Of a stretch of DNA of 64,000 nucleotides, positions 9,135 to 18,548 are shown piece by piece. The notes beneath the pieces were generated by a model. It was not told the DNA's origin and did no database searches. It saw nothing but the letters and a program-made list of their open reading frames with translations. How positions within the stretch are numbered: position 1 is the first letter of the stretch; every line of letters begins with the position of its first letter. The stretch comes from a virus (taxonomy: Duplodnaviria > Caudoviricetes). Location of the stretch: positions 1-64,000 of the IMG/VR virus record IMGVR_UViG_3300005937_000010; one strand, 5' to 3'. The translations under genes and the position numbers were made by a program.

Positions 9135-9931
9135 AAAGCCCTCACTATCTTGTTGACGATGATCGTGGGTTGCGTGTTCAGGTGAGCACCGCCACCGCCC
9201 ACGGCATCGATGGCATGAGCATGCCCATTGCTCGACCCGCCCGTTGTCAGGTAGTGCGAGTGGTCGTAGTTCTCGCCTCCCAAGCTCGCGTAGCTGTACT
9301 CCGTACGAAACTTATTGCCGTAGAAGCCAAAGGGCGCTCCACCGCCGCAGTTGAAGGCCCAGTCGCCATCGCCAAGAATCCCGTCGCCAAAGTTGATGCC
9401 ATTCACGGCAATGTGGTTGTGGCCGTAGTCGCCGTGAACGTGCGCGGCACTGCGTCCACCTGAGTTGCCACCATGCGCATGATCGGACGAGATGGTGCCC
9501 GTTGCCCCGCCGTGCGAGTGCGATGGTATCTGTGCGGTTGCCAAGGTCACGCCTTCGCCTCCGACTGCCGCACCGAGAACCGTTCCGGCTGTCCCTGAGA
9601 TAGCAGCGGTGATTCTGTTCGCTGCGGTGCCTCCCATGTCATCCTTGCCTGCCGAGACGCGCCCGCGCTTGTCAGCGATGTTGAACGTCGTGGAGCCGTC
9701 GCCGGAGCCGTGCGGGTAGCTCGCTGCCGCCGCAAGTGCTGCCAAGGCGCTGTATGTCGTTCGGCTCACGGCCTGCCCGTACTGGAGCAACGCCCAGCTT
9801 GGCAGCAAGGTGGGACTGTAATCCCATTCCAACGATGCCCCGACCGGAACGACGGTCAGCGGCGCTGTATCGCCAGCGGCAACACGCCAGAGCGGGATCC
9901 AGTCGGTCGTGGACGGCGACGGCGTAGGCAC
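9131..9931 (-). CDS. Tail-collar-domain fibre protein, paralogue 3
   Basis: WALLQYGQAVSRTTYSALAA...GDGSTTFNIADKRGRV collar motif, six HxH motifs, C-terminal HLNTQPTIIVNKIVRAL. True start is GTG 9931 (TAGTG overlap). Confidence 0.8.
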   Translation of the reverse strand: MPTPSPSTTDWIPLWRVAAGDTAPLTVVPVGASLEWDYSPTLLPSWALLQYGQAVSRTTYSALAALAAAASYPHGSGDGSTTFNIADKRGRVSAGKDDMGGTAANRITAAISGTAGTVLGAAVGGEGVTLATAQIPSHSHGGATGTISSDHAHGGNSGGRSAAHVHGDYGHNHIAVNGINFGDGILGDGDWAFNCGGGAPFGFYGNKFRTEYSYASLGGENYDHSHYLTTGGSSNGHAHAIDAVGGGGAHLNTQPTIIVNKIVRAL

Positions 9932-10737
9932 TAGAGCGCCCTCACGATTCGGTTGACGATGATCGTCGGCTGCATGTTGAGATGCGCGCCACCACCGCCC
10001 TCTGCCGGGATCGAATGTGTGTGGTTGGCGCTCACACCACCAACACCTTGGTAGTGGTAGTGATCGACATTCTCGGTACCAGTCGTCACATAGCCGGTGT
10101 TGGTGTAGAAGCGGTTGCCTTGCGTACCGAAGGGAGACTCGCATCCACCGCCTGAAAAGTCTTGGTTGCCATCACCAAGCCGCCCGTTGTTCCAGGGGAT
10201 GTCCATGACGGCAGGATTGTGGTAGTGCCCACTGTCGCCGTGGCTGTGATCGCTACTCTCGGTGCCTGTCGTCCCACTGTGCGTGTGGTTGGCATTCTGC
10301 AACTGGGTAGCTCCGTTGTGCGAGTGAGACGGGATTGCAGCCGTTGCCAAGGTGACACCTTCGCTGCCAACCGCTGCACCGAGAACTGTGCCTGCCGTCC
10401 CGCAGATCGCGGCCGTAATCCGGCTGGCAGCCGTCCCACCCATGTCATCCTTCCCGGCTGCGATCCTGCCACGTTTGTCTGCCAAGTTGAACGTGGTGCT
10501 CCCATCACCCGATCCATGCGGGTAGCTCACGGCCGAAGCGAGCGCCGCGAGCGCGCTGTATGTCGTACGTGAGACTGCTTGGCCATATTGGAGCAGTGCC
10601 CAGCTTGGTATCTGCGCTGAGCCGTAGTCCCACTCGATGGACATGCCAACGGGGATCGACACCAACTGCGAAGCATCTTGGATGCCAAGACCGTAGAGCG
10701 GCACCCAGTCAGTCGTGGAGGGATTTGGGCTTGGCAT
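9931..10737 (-). CDS. Tail-collar-domain fibre protein, paralogue 2
   Basis: Same architecture as its neighbours; TGATG coupling. Confidence 0.8.
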   Translation of the reverse strand: MPSPNPSTTDWVPLYGLGIQDASQLVSIPVGMSIEWDYGSAQIPSWALLQYGQAVSRTTYSALAALASAVSYPHGSGDGSTTFNLADKRGRIAAGKDDMGGTAASRITAAICGTAGTVLGAAVGSEGVTLATAAIPSHSHNGATQLQNANHTHSGTTGTESSDHSHGDSGHYHNPAVMDIPWNNGRLGDGNQDFSGGGCESPFGTQGNRFYTNTGYVTTGTENVDHYHYQGVGGVSANHTHSIPAEGGGGAHLNMQPTIIVNRIVRAL

Positions 10738-11531
10738 CAGAGTGCCCTCACGACTTTGTTGACGATGATGGTGGGCTGCACATTCAGATGTGCGCCTCCT
10801 CCACCTTCGGCACCGATCCCGTGGTTGTGGTTGGCACTTATGCCAGGCAGGTTCACACCGTGAACATGCGCAGCGCTGCGTCCACCGGCATTCATGTAGC
10901 CCCAGTGCGTCCAGAACGAGTTTCCGTCCGTTCCGAAGTACGCACCGCCGCCTGCCGAGAGAGCAGTGTTGCCGTCACCAAGAGAGCCATCATCCCAGCC
11001 GACGCCCGTGACCGCTGGCCGGTGATAGTGGCCAGGATCGCCGTGAGTGTGATCGGCGCTACGGCCATTCCCTTGACCGGAATGCGTGTGATCGGCCGAC
11101 TCTCCACCCGTTGCACCGCCGTGAGAGTGAGACGGGATCTGTGAGGTTGCCAAGGTTACACCTTCGCTACCACACGCTGCACCAAGCACAGCGCCACTTG
11201 CTCCGGCAATCACAGCCGTGAGTCTGTTCGCATACGTGCCGCCCATGTTGTCTTTCCCTACAGAGACACGACCTCGCTTGTCTGCCAAGTTGAAAGTCGT
11301 TGAGCCGTCACCCGCTCCGTGTGGATACCCTGATCCGGCTGCCAAGATGTGAAGGCGAGAGTACGTCGTCCGCGACACTGCCTGGCCGTACTGCAAGAGC
11401 GCCCAACTTGGTAGTTGCGCCGAACCGTAGTCCCACTCCATCGACGCACCGATGGGGATTACCTGCGGTGGCGTGTCACTGAGATTCCAGATCGGAACCC
11501 AGTCAGTAGTTGCAGGGCTAGGACTTGGCAC
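10737..11531 (-). CDS. Tail-collar-domain fibre protein, paralogue 1
   Basis: Same architecture as its neighbours; GTG start abuts the upstream TGA. Confidence 0.8.
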   Translation of the reverse strand: MPSPSPATTDWVPIWNLSDTPPQVIPIGASMEWDYGSAQLPSWALLQYGQAVSRTTYSRLHILAAGSGYPHGAGDGSTTFNLADKRGRVSVGKDNMGGTYANRLTAVIAGASGAVLGAACGSEGVTLATSQIPSHSHGGATGGESADHTHSGQGNGRSADHTHGDPGHYHRPAVTGVGWDDGSLGDGNTALSAGGGAYFGTDGNSFWTHWGYMNAGGRSAAHVHGVNLPGISANHNHGIGAEGGGGAHLNVQPTIIVNKVVRAL

Positions 11532-13625
11532 TCATCCCTCCGCGAAGTATGAGACACAGGTGAGCGAAACCCAGTTGCCCGCCGAGACGCCTTGAATCTG
11601 CAAGATGCCGCTACCGTCGAGACGCAGCATGTCAGCGGTGAAAGTGCCGCTCATCGCGCCACCGAAAATCAGCGTACGGCCGCTTGCCGGACGATATCCA
11701 ACAGGCAACGTGGCTATCGTCACGCTAGGCCCACCGGAAGTGATAAGCCCTTGCATCTGCACCATGCCGTTCGCCAGTTTGCGGTACTGCCCCGGCCCAT
11801 ACGGAGCGCTGTAATGTGCCGCACCACCTGTCAGCGTCAAGTTCGTCCAGCCTGTATCCGCTGTGACAAGTCCAGGAATATCGGGAGCCGTGAGTGCCGC
11901 CCATGCTGGCGCTCCGCTAACGCCTTTCAAGAACTGGCCGTTGACAACACTTGGCAGGAGAGGCCAATCCGTCGGTACGGGCGCAGCGCTCGTCGGCCGC
12001 ACGCACATGTACGCCACGTTGTTGTAGATCACGATGTCGCCGTCCGTGTACGGCGTGTTGGCAGGGTAATCGCCGTTGTAGACAAGATCGGCTCCAGCAA
12101 CCTGCCAAGTTCCATCATCACGCAGGAACTTGGTACCGTCTCGCGTCCCTGAGCCTAGAGACGCAGGAAGCACACGCCCAACTGCCTCAAATGTGCCATC
12201 CGTCTTGAGCGCACTGGCACCTGAGCGGTAGAGCGTCGTGTCACGAGTAACGCTACCACTCCCCCACTCCATCGTCCCATTGCCAAGAATCCTGAACCGA
12301 TCAACGGTATCGCTGTTCAGACCACCGGAAAAGATCGCGGCTGTCGGCGTCCCTGTGGGGCGATAGCTGAATATCCCTAGAGCAACAAGGAACCCGTCAT
12401 CCGTCGCAAGAAGATCGGCGGCTGCGCGATACAAGCTTGTGTCCAGTGCCGTGCCAAAGTAGAGCCTGCCGTCAGTCCAGAGCGCGATTTGTTGAGCAGC
12501 GGCCTCCATCGACACAATGCCTCCCTTGGCATAGATAGCATCATCCGTGCCAAGAACGTCGGCTGCACGTCGATATACGTTCGTATCGCCTGCCGAGCCG
12601 AAAATGAGCTTCTGCCCTGCGTTGAGAAGATCGAGAATCAATCCTGATCTTGTCAGCCTGGAAGTAACAGCGGCAGCTTCGTCCGAGTAGAACTGCAAAC
12701 CGTCTAGCCCCGACTGAGTATAAATCTCCCAATCGGAAATCGTGTTACGTGCCAAGGTCGAATACATCGCTATTCCTGCACCGCCTGCTCCAGCACCGAC
12801 TTGATTGACGATGTACGGCCAGTTGGTAGAGCCGCCGACAAGGACGGTCGATCCAGTCACCGGGTCGTTCACTCTGAACCAGGGAGCAACTTCGACCGTC
12901 TGATTGCCTGCGCGATACATGTATACGTCCGGCGCAGTCGCGCCACCCGGCCCCCATTCGTGCCTGCCACTGCCAAGTATGCGGAAGGCAGGCTGCGCAT
13001 CGCCTGCCAAGAGCTTGTTGGTAAGGATGCGCGTGGCCGCGACGATGACACCATCGAGCGGGACGTAGTTCATCGCCGGTAGCTGCGCGGTCGGGACTAG
13101 CCCACTCGCGTCCAGGGATGCGTACCCGTTCACAGCGCCCTTGGCACTGATCGCCTGTTTCTCCGCTGCAAGCTCTGCGATGGCAGCCTGCACGGTCGTC
13201 GCAGCCACGTCACCCGTAGCCGTACTGCTGATCGCGGTCGCCGCATGTGCTCCTGCGGCCTGGCCTGTGTGAGCGTCTAGCTCAGCCTGAGTAGCCACGT
13301 CCGCCGCAACCTTGGCAGCCGTGACTCCTCCGGCCTTGATCTGCAACGAGTCTCCGACGATTTCCAGTGTCACGCCATCGACGTTGACACTGAGCACGTT
13401 CGCAGACACACCGATCCCGTTCCCGGCCACGGAAGCTGCCAAGCCAGGACTGGGAAAAGTACCGCTGAGCACGCCACCGGCTGCATCGCCGTCCATCACC
13501 GCCGAGGCAACATCCGCCTTGGCAGTATCCGACTTGTTGGAGCCGTCAGCGTTGTGAGCGGCGAGCAGCCATGTCTCCAGTTGATCCTTCCACGGCTTGG
13601 TACCCAGTGCAGGAAGGCTTGGCAT
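11532..13625 (-). CDS. Virion fibre protein, 697 aa
   Basis: Gly/Ala-rich shaft, repeated DTxLYRxAADxLxTDD units, and a fibre-type C-terminal domain (DTGWTNLTL...YRKLANGMVQMQGLI). Confidence 0.7.
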   Translation of the reverse strand: MPSLPALGTKPWKDQLETWLLAAHNADGSNKSDTAKADVASAVMDGDAAGGVLSGTFPSPGLAASVAGNGIGVSANVLSVNVDGVTLEIVGDSLQIKAGGVTAAKVAADVATQAELDAHTGQAAGAHAATAISSTATGDVAATTVQAAIAELAAEKQAISAKGAVNGYASLDASGLVPTAQLPAMNYVPLDGVIVAATRILTNKLLAGDAQPAFRILGSGRHEWGPGGATAPDVYMYRAGNQTVEVAPWFRVNDPVTGSTVLVGGSTNWPYIVNQVGAGAGGAGIAMYSTLARNTISDWEIYTQSGLDGLQFYSDEAAAVTSRLTRSGLILDLLNAGQKLIFGSAGDTNVYRRAADVLGTDDAIYAKGGIVSMEAAAQQIALWTDGRLYFGTALDTSLYRAAADLLATDDGFLVALGIFSYRPTGTPTAAIFSGGLNSDTVDRFRILGNGTMEWGSGSVTRDTTLYRSGASALKTDGTFEAVGRVLPASLGSGTRDGTKFLRDDGTWQVAGADLVYNGDYPANTPYTDGDIVIYNNVAYMCVRPTSAAPVPTDWPLLPSVVNGQFLKGVSGAPAWAALTAPDIPGLVTADTGWTNLTLTGGAAHYSAPYGPGQYRKLANGMVQMQGLITSGGPSVTIATLPVGYRPASGRTLIFGGAMSGTFTADMLRLDGSGILQIQGVSAGNWVSLTCVSYFAEG

Positions 13626-14029
13626 CAGGCGATGGAGTAGATCCCGGACGGGTCGATCTGGATGGTCACGTTCGATCCGTTCGGGGTGAACGCAATCGAC
13701 GGTGACGAGTCGATCCAGGCGATCAGCGGAGCCGCCGCGTCGGAGGCGTTGTACTTATAGAGGCCGACTGCTTCGACGGTCGCACCCGTGACGCTGTTGA
13801 TCGTCGGGTCGGCCGCGTCGAACGTGCCGCCCGTCGTCGTCTTGGATGCCAAGCCCGCCGCCATCCGTGCGATGATCCCGCCCGCCGTCCAGTTGGAGAC
13901 GAACTGGTCGGCTGCGTTGTACGTCTCGGCACCCGTGTCGATCAGAGCGAAGCGGATGTCGTCCGTCAGGTGTGCGATGGTGCCGTCGAGAATCGCCTTG
14001 GCACCCAGTGGATAGAGAACGTTGGCCAT
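13625..14029 (-). CDS. Virion structural protein
   Basis: MANVLY...DDIRFALID...TFDAAD...PLIAWID pattern seen in phage structural genes near fibres; GGAGGG RBS; start at 14029. Confidence 0.6.
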   Translation of the reverse strand: MANVLYPLGAKAILDGTIAHLTDDIRFALIDTGAETYNAADQFVSNWTAGGIIARMAAGLASKTTTGGTFDAADPTINSVTGATVEAVGLYKYNASDAAAPLIAWIDSSPSIAFTPNGSNVTIQIDPSGIYSIA

Positions 14030-14030
14030 G

Positions 14031-14432
14031 TCATCCCTCCGATACCGTGCCGTCGGGAGCAATGCTCCACGTCTCAGTAACCCACTGCTTGCCAGTCATC
14101 ACGTCGTTCTTGTCAGGCCCGTGACTGACAACCGAGTCTTCCGGCCCGTCCTCCACGTACATCGTGGAGATGACGATGTTGCCCTCCTCGTCCTTCGTCC
14201 AGGAGAACGTCGCACCACGAAGCGGAAGGCCATCGTCGTCCAGCCCGTCGTTGTCCGTGGCCGCGCCGGAGTCGGTACGCACCTGATTGATGAGCAGCTC
14301 GATGGCGTTGATCTGCTCGTCTGTCTCGTCGTGCTCGTAACGCCACCCCGTAGCTTGGCTGACAGCCTGCGTCTCCCCCTGCCCCAAGCCAGGATTGGGG
14401 GATCGGAAGATTTGGTTCTCTGCCATTGGCAT
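14031..14432 (-). CDS. Hypothetical acidic protein downstream of the major capsid gene
   Basis: AGAAAGG RBS; codon usage matches the other genes. Confidence 0.6.
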   Translation of the reverse strand: MPMAENQIFRSPNPGLGQGETQAVSQATGWRYEHDETDEQINAIELLINQVRTDSGAATDNDGLDDDGLPLRGATFSWTKDEEGNIVISTMYVEDGPEDSVVSHGPDKNDVMTGKQWVTETWSIAPDGTVSEG

Positions 14433-14486
14433 CCTTTCTACCCGCCTTGGCAGGCTGGCTCTCGCGGCCAGCCTGTCTTGGCAGGT

Positions 14487-15593
14487 TTACGGCAGCGTGA
14501 TCTTCTGCACGCTGTTGTTGAGGTCGGCGTACACGCCACGCCGCGAGCGAGCTACCTGCTGGCCCTCCACGAGCCGGGAGATGTCCGGCCCGCCAAGGTC
14601 GATGCGCAGGTCGTGATGGACAAGCTCCTTGAGCCTCCGCTGCGGGAAGATCAGGTAGCAGGTACCCGTCGTCACGCCGGGGTACGTGAACACGTCGGAG
14701 CCACGGTTGATCGTCTCTCCGTCGTAGTACACGATGGTGTTGATCGGGACGTTGGCGAGCGGGTTGCCCTGCGCGTCCCTGACCGGCGTCAGGAGCGCCT
14801 CCTCGATCTGGAAGCGGTTTGTCTCGGATGCCAAGAGCACCGTGCCCGTCCGACGCGGGTTCGCGTTCACCGTCGCCTTGTAGGCGTTCTGGAACGTGAT
14901 GTGCGTCTTCTCGGAGACGGTCGTGCCCGTCGTGTCGGCTGCCGTGGCGTTGGCACCCGTGAAGGTGCCGCCGACGATGATGCCAAGGTGCAGATGGTTC
15001 AGGAGCGCATTGTACGCGCGGCCGAACGCCTGGTTGTTCAACTCGATGGAGTACGTGCGGTCGAACTCGATCATGTCCTCCGTCCACTCAAAGCCAGCCG
15101 CGTACGTCTGGATGAGTCCGACAGAGGGCACGCCCTTCTCCAGCGTGCCGAACTGTACTTCGCCGCCTTCAAACTTCTGGAGGAAGACGACGTTCGCCTG
15201 GAGCGTGTACTCATCGACTTGGTACACGCCACCGGGGAAGCCGTTGGCTGGTGCGATGCGCTGGTAGATCGGGCCGTACAGAAGCGGGATGTCTGCCAAG
15301 CCGAAGGCCACGTCGATCCTGACCTTCTCCAGCAACGCCATCTGCCCCTGCGCGGTGTCGATCATCTCGCGGATGATCGGCTTGGCAGGATCCCGCCGTG
15401 CGGCCGGGAACGGGAAGTAGTCGAGTCCGCCGTCCGGGTGGATTGCGCCCGCCAGCATCTCACCGATGAGGAGGTTCCGCTGGTTGCGCACCCCCTTGTC
15501 GATGGCCGCGTGAAGCTCCGTCCTGACAAGCTCCGTGCTGACTTCGCGCCAGTACGGATTGAACTTGAACTGCGGATGTGCCACCGTGCTCAT
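14487..15593 (-). CDS. Major capsid protein (HK97 fold)
   Basis: Start ATG 15593 (MSTVAHPQ) after GAGGAGG; 368 aa. The pattern IQTYAAGFEWTEDMIEFD...LNNQAFGRAYN is capsid-like, and the gene follows the scaffold and cement genes. Confidence 0.8.
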   Translation of the reverse strand: MSTVAHPQFKFNPYWREVSTELVRTELHAAIDKGVRNQRNLLIGEMLAGAIHPDGGLDYFPFPAARRDPAKPIIREMIDTAQGQMALLEKVRIDVAFGLADIPLLYGPIYQRIAPANGFPGGVYQVDEYTLQANVVFLQKFEGGEVQFGTLEKGVPSVGLIQTYAAGFEWTEDMIEFDRTYSIELNNQAFGRAYNALLNHLHLGIIVGGTFTGANATAADTTGTTVSEKTHITFQNAYKATVNANPRRTGTVLLASETNRFQIEEALLTPVRDAQGNPLANVPINTIVYYDGETINRGSDVFTYPGVTTGTCYLIFPQRRLKELVHHDLRIDLGGPDISRLVEGQQVARSRRGVYADLNNSVQKITLP

Positions 15594-15610
15594 ACTTGGT
15601 ACCTCCTCTC

Positions 15611-16012
15611 TTACGTGACTTCGACGGTGCCGCTCTGGAGGATGCGACCCTGCGCATACCCGGCGGCATTCTTGGTGGACATGAACTTGAACGCGGGTTC
15701 GGCGGTGAAGCCAGCAACCGCCGGAGCCGGAGTTACCAAGTGCGTGTCGCCACGCTGGAATGTCGTGTCGTCGGTGGTCGTCCAGTACCCGTAGCTGCCG
15801 ATGACCGGCGACAACCCGGCAGGCACCTTGATCGAGTAGATGGCGTCCGAGTCGCACTCAAAGGACATCGTGCGATCCGTCTGCGATGCATCCTTGGCAC
15901 CCACTGCCGCCCCGTTCCAGCCGCCGATCCGGTACAGGTCGTAGTCGTTGATGACTTCGCCGTTCGGAGCGACAGCATCGAACGCCTTGCCGTCACTGAT
16001 CTTCTGACCCAT
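15611..16012 (-). CDS. Capsid cement/decoration protein (DUF2190-like)
   Basis: 133 aa, beta-rich, immediately upstream of the capsid gene; AGGAGGGG RBS. Confidence 0.55.
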   Translation of the reverse strand: MGQKISDGKAFDAVAPNGEVINDYDLYRIGGWNGAAVGAKDASQTDRTMSFECDSDAIYSIKVPAGLSPVIGSYGYWTTTDDTTFQRGDTHLVTPAPAVAGFTAEPAFKFMSTKNAAGYAQGRILQSGTVEVT

Positions 16013-16028
16013 GTCTTGTCACCCCCTC

Positions 16029-16502
16029 CTATGCTTCTTCTTCGGCTTCGGCCAGTTCGGCCTCGTGGTCTTCGATCCGCGTCTGGATTTCCTCGATGGT
16101 GCCGGAGGTTGCCAAGCCGTACTCGCCTGCCTTCGCCTGCCAGTCGGCCTTCTTCCACTCGTCGCGGTCGTCTTCGGGTGCCGTGCCTGCGCCCTCCTCG
16201 GTGGAGAGCATCCCGGTCTGTACGGAGTCCGCCTCGACTTCGGCGTCCGTCAACTGGTTCTGCCCGTAGTCCTCCGGGTGGGCGACCGGCGACTTGTCAA
16301 GCGTCAGGTTGACGCTCGCGCTGATCGCGTTCGGGTTGTTCGGGTCGGTGTAGGCACCCACCGGCACGATGATCTGATTGAGAGTGGCCATGTCCTGGGA
16401 CGCCTCCGTCGGGCCGAGGGTGGGATTGGGCTTGTCAGCCACGGGCATGTCCTGCTCGTTGCCGAAGTCGCGGGTTGCCTCCTCGGTGTCGTTCTCTGCC
16501 AT
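16029..16502 (-). CDS. Acidic protein with C-terminal SAP/HeH-like DNA-binding motif
   Basis: WKKADWQAKAGEYGLATSGTIEEIQTRIEDH fits the SAP pattern. Confidence 0.55.
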   Translation of the reverse strand: MAENDTEEATRDFGNEQDMPVADKPNPTLGPTEASQDMATLNQIIVPVGAYTDPNNPNAISASVNLTLDKSPVAHPEDYGQNQLTDAEVEADSVQTGMLSTEEGAGTAPEDDRDEWKKADWQAKAGEYGLATSGTIEEIQTRIEDHEAELAEAEEEA

Positions 16503-16514
16503 GCTCCCTCCTTC

Positions 16515-17738
16515 CTACGATCCGAGCGTCACGCGCTCGCGCTGGATTCCGTAACCGGCGAGCGCAGCGTCCGTGCTCTCACCGCTGCGGCTCAGATCCT
16601 CGCGCCGACGAACGGTGGGCGGCTGCATCTCCCCGATCACGCTCTTGATGGTGTCGTCGTCGTTGAACGCCTTGTCAACCATCTCACCGATGATCCTGTC
16701 GGCATCCTCGGTGGACTTGGCATCCGCGACGGCGGCTTCCATCTCCCCGACCGGAAGGAGGCGAGCGACGAGAGCACGCTGCTTCTCGTCGGGCACCTTC
16801 TCCTTGAGGAGCTTCTCGATGCCCACTGCCAAGGTGTCCTTGGCCTTGTCACCGATCTTGGTCTGGAGGTCGGCCACTGCCTGGAGCAGCTTGGCAGGGT
16901 CGTCGATCCCGATGGCCTCGCAGACCTTGGCAAGCAGGCTCTTGGCCTCCTCGCCTTCCTCGATCTGCTGCTCCTGCTCACCGATGGTCTTGTCCTTGTC
17001 AGCGGTGACTTCCGCGACGAGGAGCGCGTAGCCGTTCGGGTTCTCGGCCTTGAACTCCTCGGGTGTCACCTGAGCCAGTTCCTTTGCCATGTGTGACTCC
17101 TGTTCTCCTGTGACTGCAACAACCGAGGAGCTTGGCATGCCCTCGGACAGCTTGCGTGCCCAGTCGAGCGCCTTGAGCACGAAGCCCCTCACTTCCACTC
17201 CCTTGCCGGGAACGCGGATCGCATCGCCGCTTCCCCACCACGAGATGCCGCGAACGGCCTTGGCAGGGATCAGACGGCGGATGTCCGCGCCTGGCAAGTT
17301 GTAGCCCGCGAAGTACGCGGTCGTCACCGGGTCGCCCTTGCGATCCTTCTGCTTGGACGGCTCGATCTTGGTAGTTGCCGCGAACCACGTCGTCTGCGGC
17401 GGCGGGAAAGCAGTGCTGATCTGATCGTCGGGGATGTGACCGAGATGCCCGACAGGCTGGAGCGCGTTCGTCTGACTGACGATGGACTCCACTTCCTTGG
17501 CAGTCCACAGCCGATTGGAGCCACTCCAGCCTTCCTCGACACGCACCACGGCGAACTCCGGGCTATCGTCGCCTGTGGCCTGCACAAGCTCCGCACCCTT
17601 GGCAGAGGCACCGGGGATGAAGTTGTCCAGGCGTGACGGCTCCGTCACCATCTCCGCGATGGTTCCAGCTTCGGCCTCGCCCTGCATCTCTCCCAACGTG
17701 ACCGCCTGCTTCTTGTCAGCCTTGGTCGTGACTTCCAT
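16515..17738 (-). CDS. Prohead protease/scaffold fusion
   Basis: N-terminal beta-domain (GHLGH, RGISWWG) followed by a helical, acidic scaffold-like C-terminus; lies between the portal and capsid genes. Confidence 0.65.
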   Translation of the reverse strand: MEVTTKADKKQAVTLGEMQGEAEAGTIAEMVTEPSRLDNFIPGASAKGAELVQATGDDSPEFAVVRVEEGWSGSNRLWTAKEVESIVSQTNALQPVGHLGHIPDDQISTAFPPPQTTWFAATTKIEPSKQKDRKGDPVTTAYFAGYNLPGADIRRLIPAKAVRGISWWGSGDAIRVPGKGVEVRGFVLKALDWARKLSEGMPSSSVVAVTGEQESHMAKELAQVTPEEFKAENPNGYALLVAEVTADKDKTIGEQEQQIEEGEEAKSLLAKVCEAIGIDDPAKLLQAVADLQTKIGDKAKDTLAVGIEKLLKEKVPDEKQRALVARLLPVGEMEAAVADAKSTEDADRIIGEMVDKAFNDDDTIKSVIGEMQPPTVRRREDLSRSGESTDAALAGYGIQRERVTLGS

Positions 17739-17740
17739 GA

Positions 17741-18070
17741 CTAGATCCCGCTCTTGCGCCGACGGAGCGGGCCGGGGTTCGCCTTCTTGACCGTCTTCTT
17801 GTTATTGCGGGGCGGCTGCGGGTCGCGCTTGGTACTCCGCACCGTCGTCACGGACGTGGCGAAGCCGGAGCCGGTGTCCACGCCCTTCTGATCGGTGATC
17901 CGCGAGAACTCCGGCATGGTGCGGCCCTTGGACTCGTCACGCTTGATGAGCGTACGGATGCTGCGCTTCTTGAACACCGGCCAGCGGAAGGCACGCGCAG
18001 CGCCGTAGCTCTGCGAGCGCATCGTTGCGGGCGGCTGTCCTGACTTCGTTCTCGATACGATCCTTGCCAT
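17741..18070 (-). CDS. Small basic protein (109 aa)
   Basis: Arg/Lys-rich; GAGGGGG RBS; stop abuts the scaffold start. Confidence 0.65.
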   Translation of the reverse strand: MARIVSRTKSGQPPATMRSQSYGAARAFRWPVFKKRSIRTLIKRDESKGRTMPEFSRITDQKGVDTGSGFATSVTTVRSTKRDPQPPRNNKKTVKKANPGPLRRRKSGI

Positions 18071-18074
18071 CTTG

Positions 18075-18212
18075 TCACCCCCTCTGCCTTACGCGGCGGT
18101 TGTTTGAGTTGGGCGCGGCATACCTCGGGCCATAGATGCCGGGGAACTTGCGCGTCTTGGCAAGGTTCGTACCGCCCTTGAGAAACTTGGTCTTCTTGAC
18201 GATGCGAGGCAT
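18075..18212 (-). CDS. Basic micro-ORF, 45 aa (MPRIVKKTKFLKGGTNLAKTRKFPGIYGPRYAAPNSNNRRVRQRG)
   Basis: Translated by hand; TAATG coupling with the upstream ORF. Below the ORF-track cutoff. Confidence 0.65.
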   Translation of the reverse strand: MPRIVKKTKFLKGGTNLAKTRKFPGIYGPRYAAPNSNNRRVRQRG

Positions 18213-18334
18213 TAGCGCCGCCTCCGTCGTCCACGCACCCCGCGTGTTCTGAGGACGCGGATCGCGTTGGCACGCAGTGTCCTCGGAGATGCGGCCGTGA
18301 TGCTGCCCTGTGGTGCTCCTAGTACCTGTGGCAT
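18212..18334 (-). CDS. Basic micro-ORF, 40 aa (MPQVLGAPQGSITAASPRTLRANAIRVLRTRGVRGRRRRR)
   Basis: Translated by hand; the ATG directly follows the upstream TAG. Confidence 0.6.
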   Translation of the reverse strand: MPQVLGAPQGSITAASPRTLRANAIRVLRTRGVRGRRRRR

Positions 18335-18547
18335 CTACTTCCTCCTTCTCCGACGCTTGGCAGCCGCTCGCTTGCGTCCACGCGCGGCCATGCGTGCCAT
18401 CTTCTTCTTCCCGTACTTCTTACGGCCCGCAGCGGCAGCGACGGCATTTGGGTTCCTCGCTCCGCTACGGCGCGCACTGGCAGCGACAGCCTTGAATCGC
18501 TTTCCGCTGCCAAGCTTGGCCTTCCTGCGGCCTTTGCGGCGTGCCAT
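18335..18547 (-). CDS. Protamine-like basic protein, 70 aa (AKLGSGKRF...GRKKYGKKKM)
   Basis: About 45% Arg+Lys; AGGAGG upstream; coupled to both neighbours. Confidence 0.75.
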   Translation of the reverse strand: MARRKGRRKAKLGSGKRFKAVAASARRSGARNPNAVAAAAGRKKYGKKKMARMAARGRKRAAAKRRRRRK

Positions 18548-18548
18548 C

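Noticed and set aside
9131-11531. Invertible or DGR-driven fibre switching
   Set aside because: All three paralogues are co-oriented and coupled. I saw no inverted crossover sites, recombinase or RT in the window.
14022-15794. 590-aa plus-strand ORF and similar antisense ORFs throughout the window
   Set aside because: They are antisense shadows of well-supported minus-strand genes (here the major capsid gene), as expected with high GC3.
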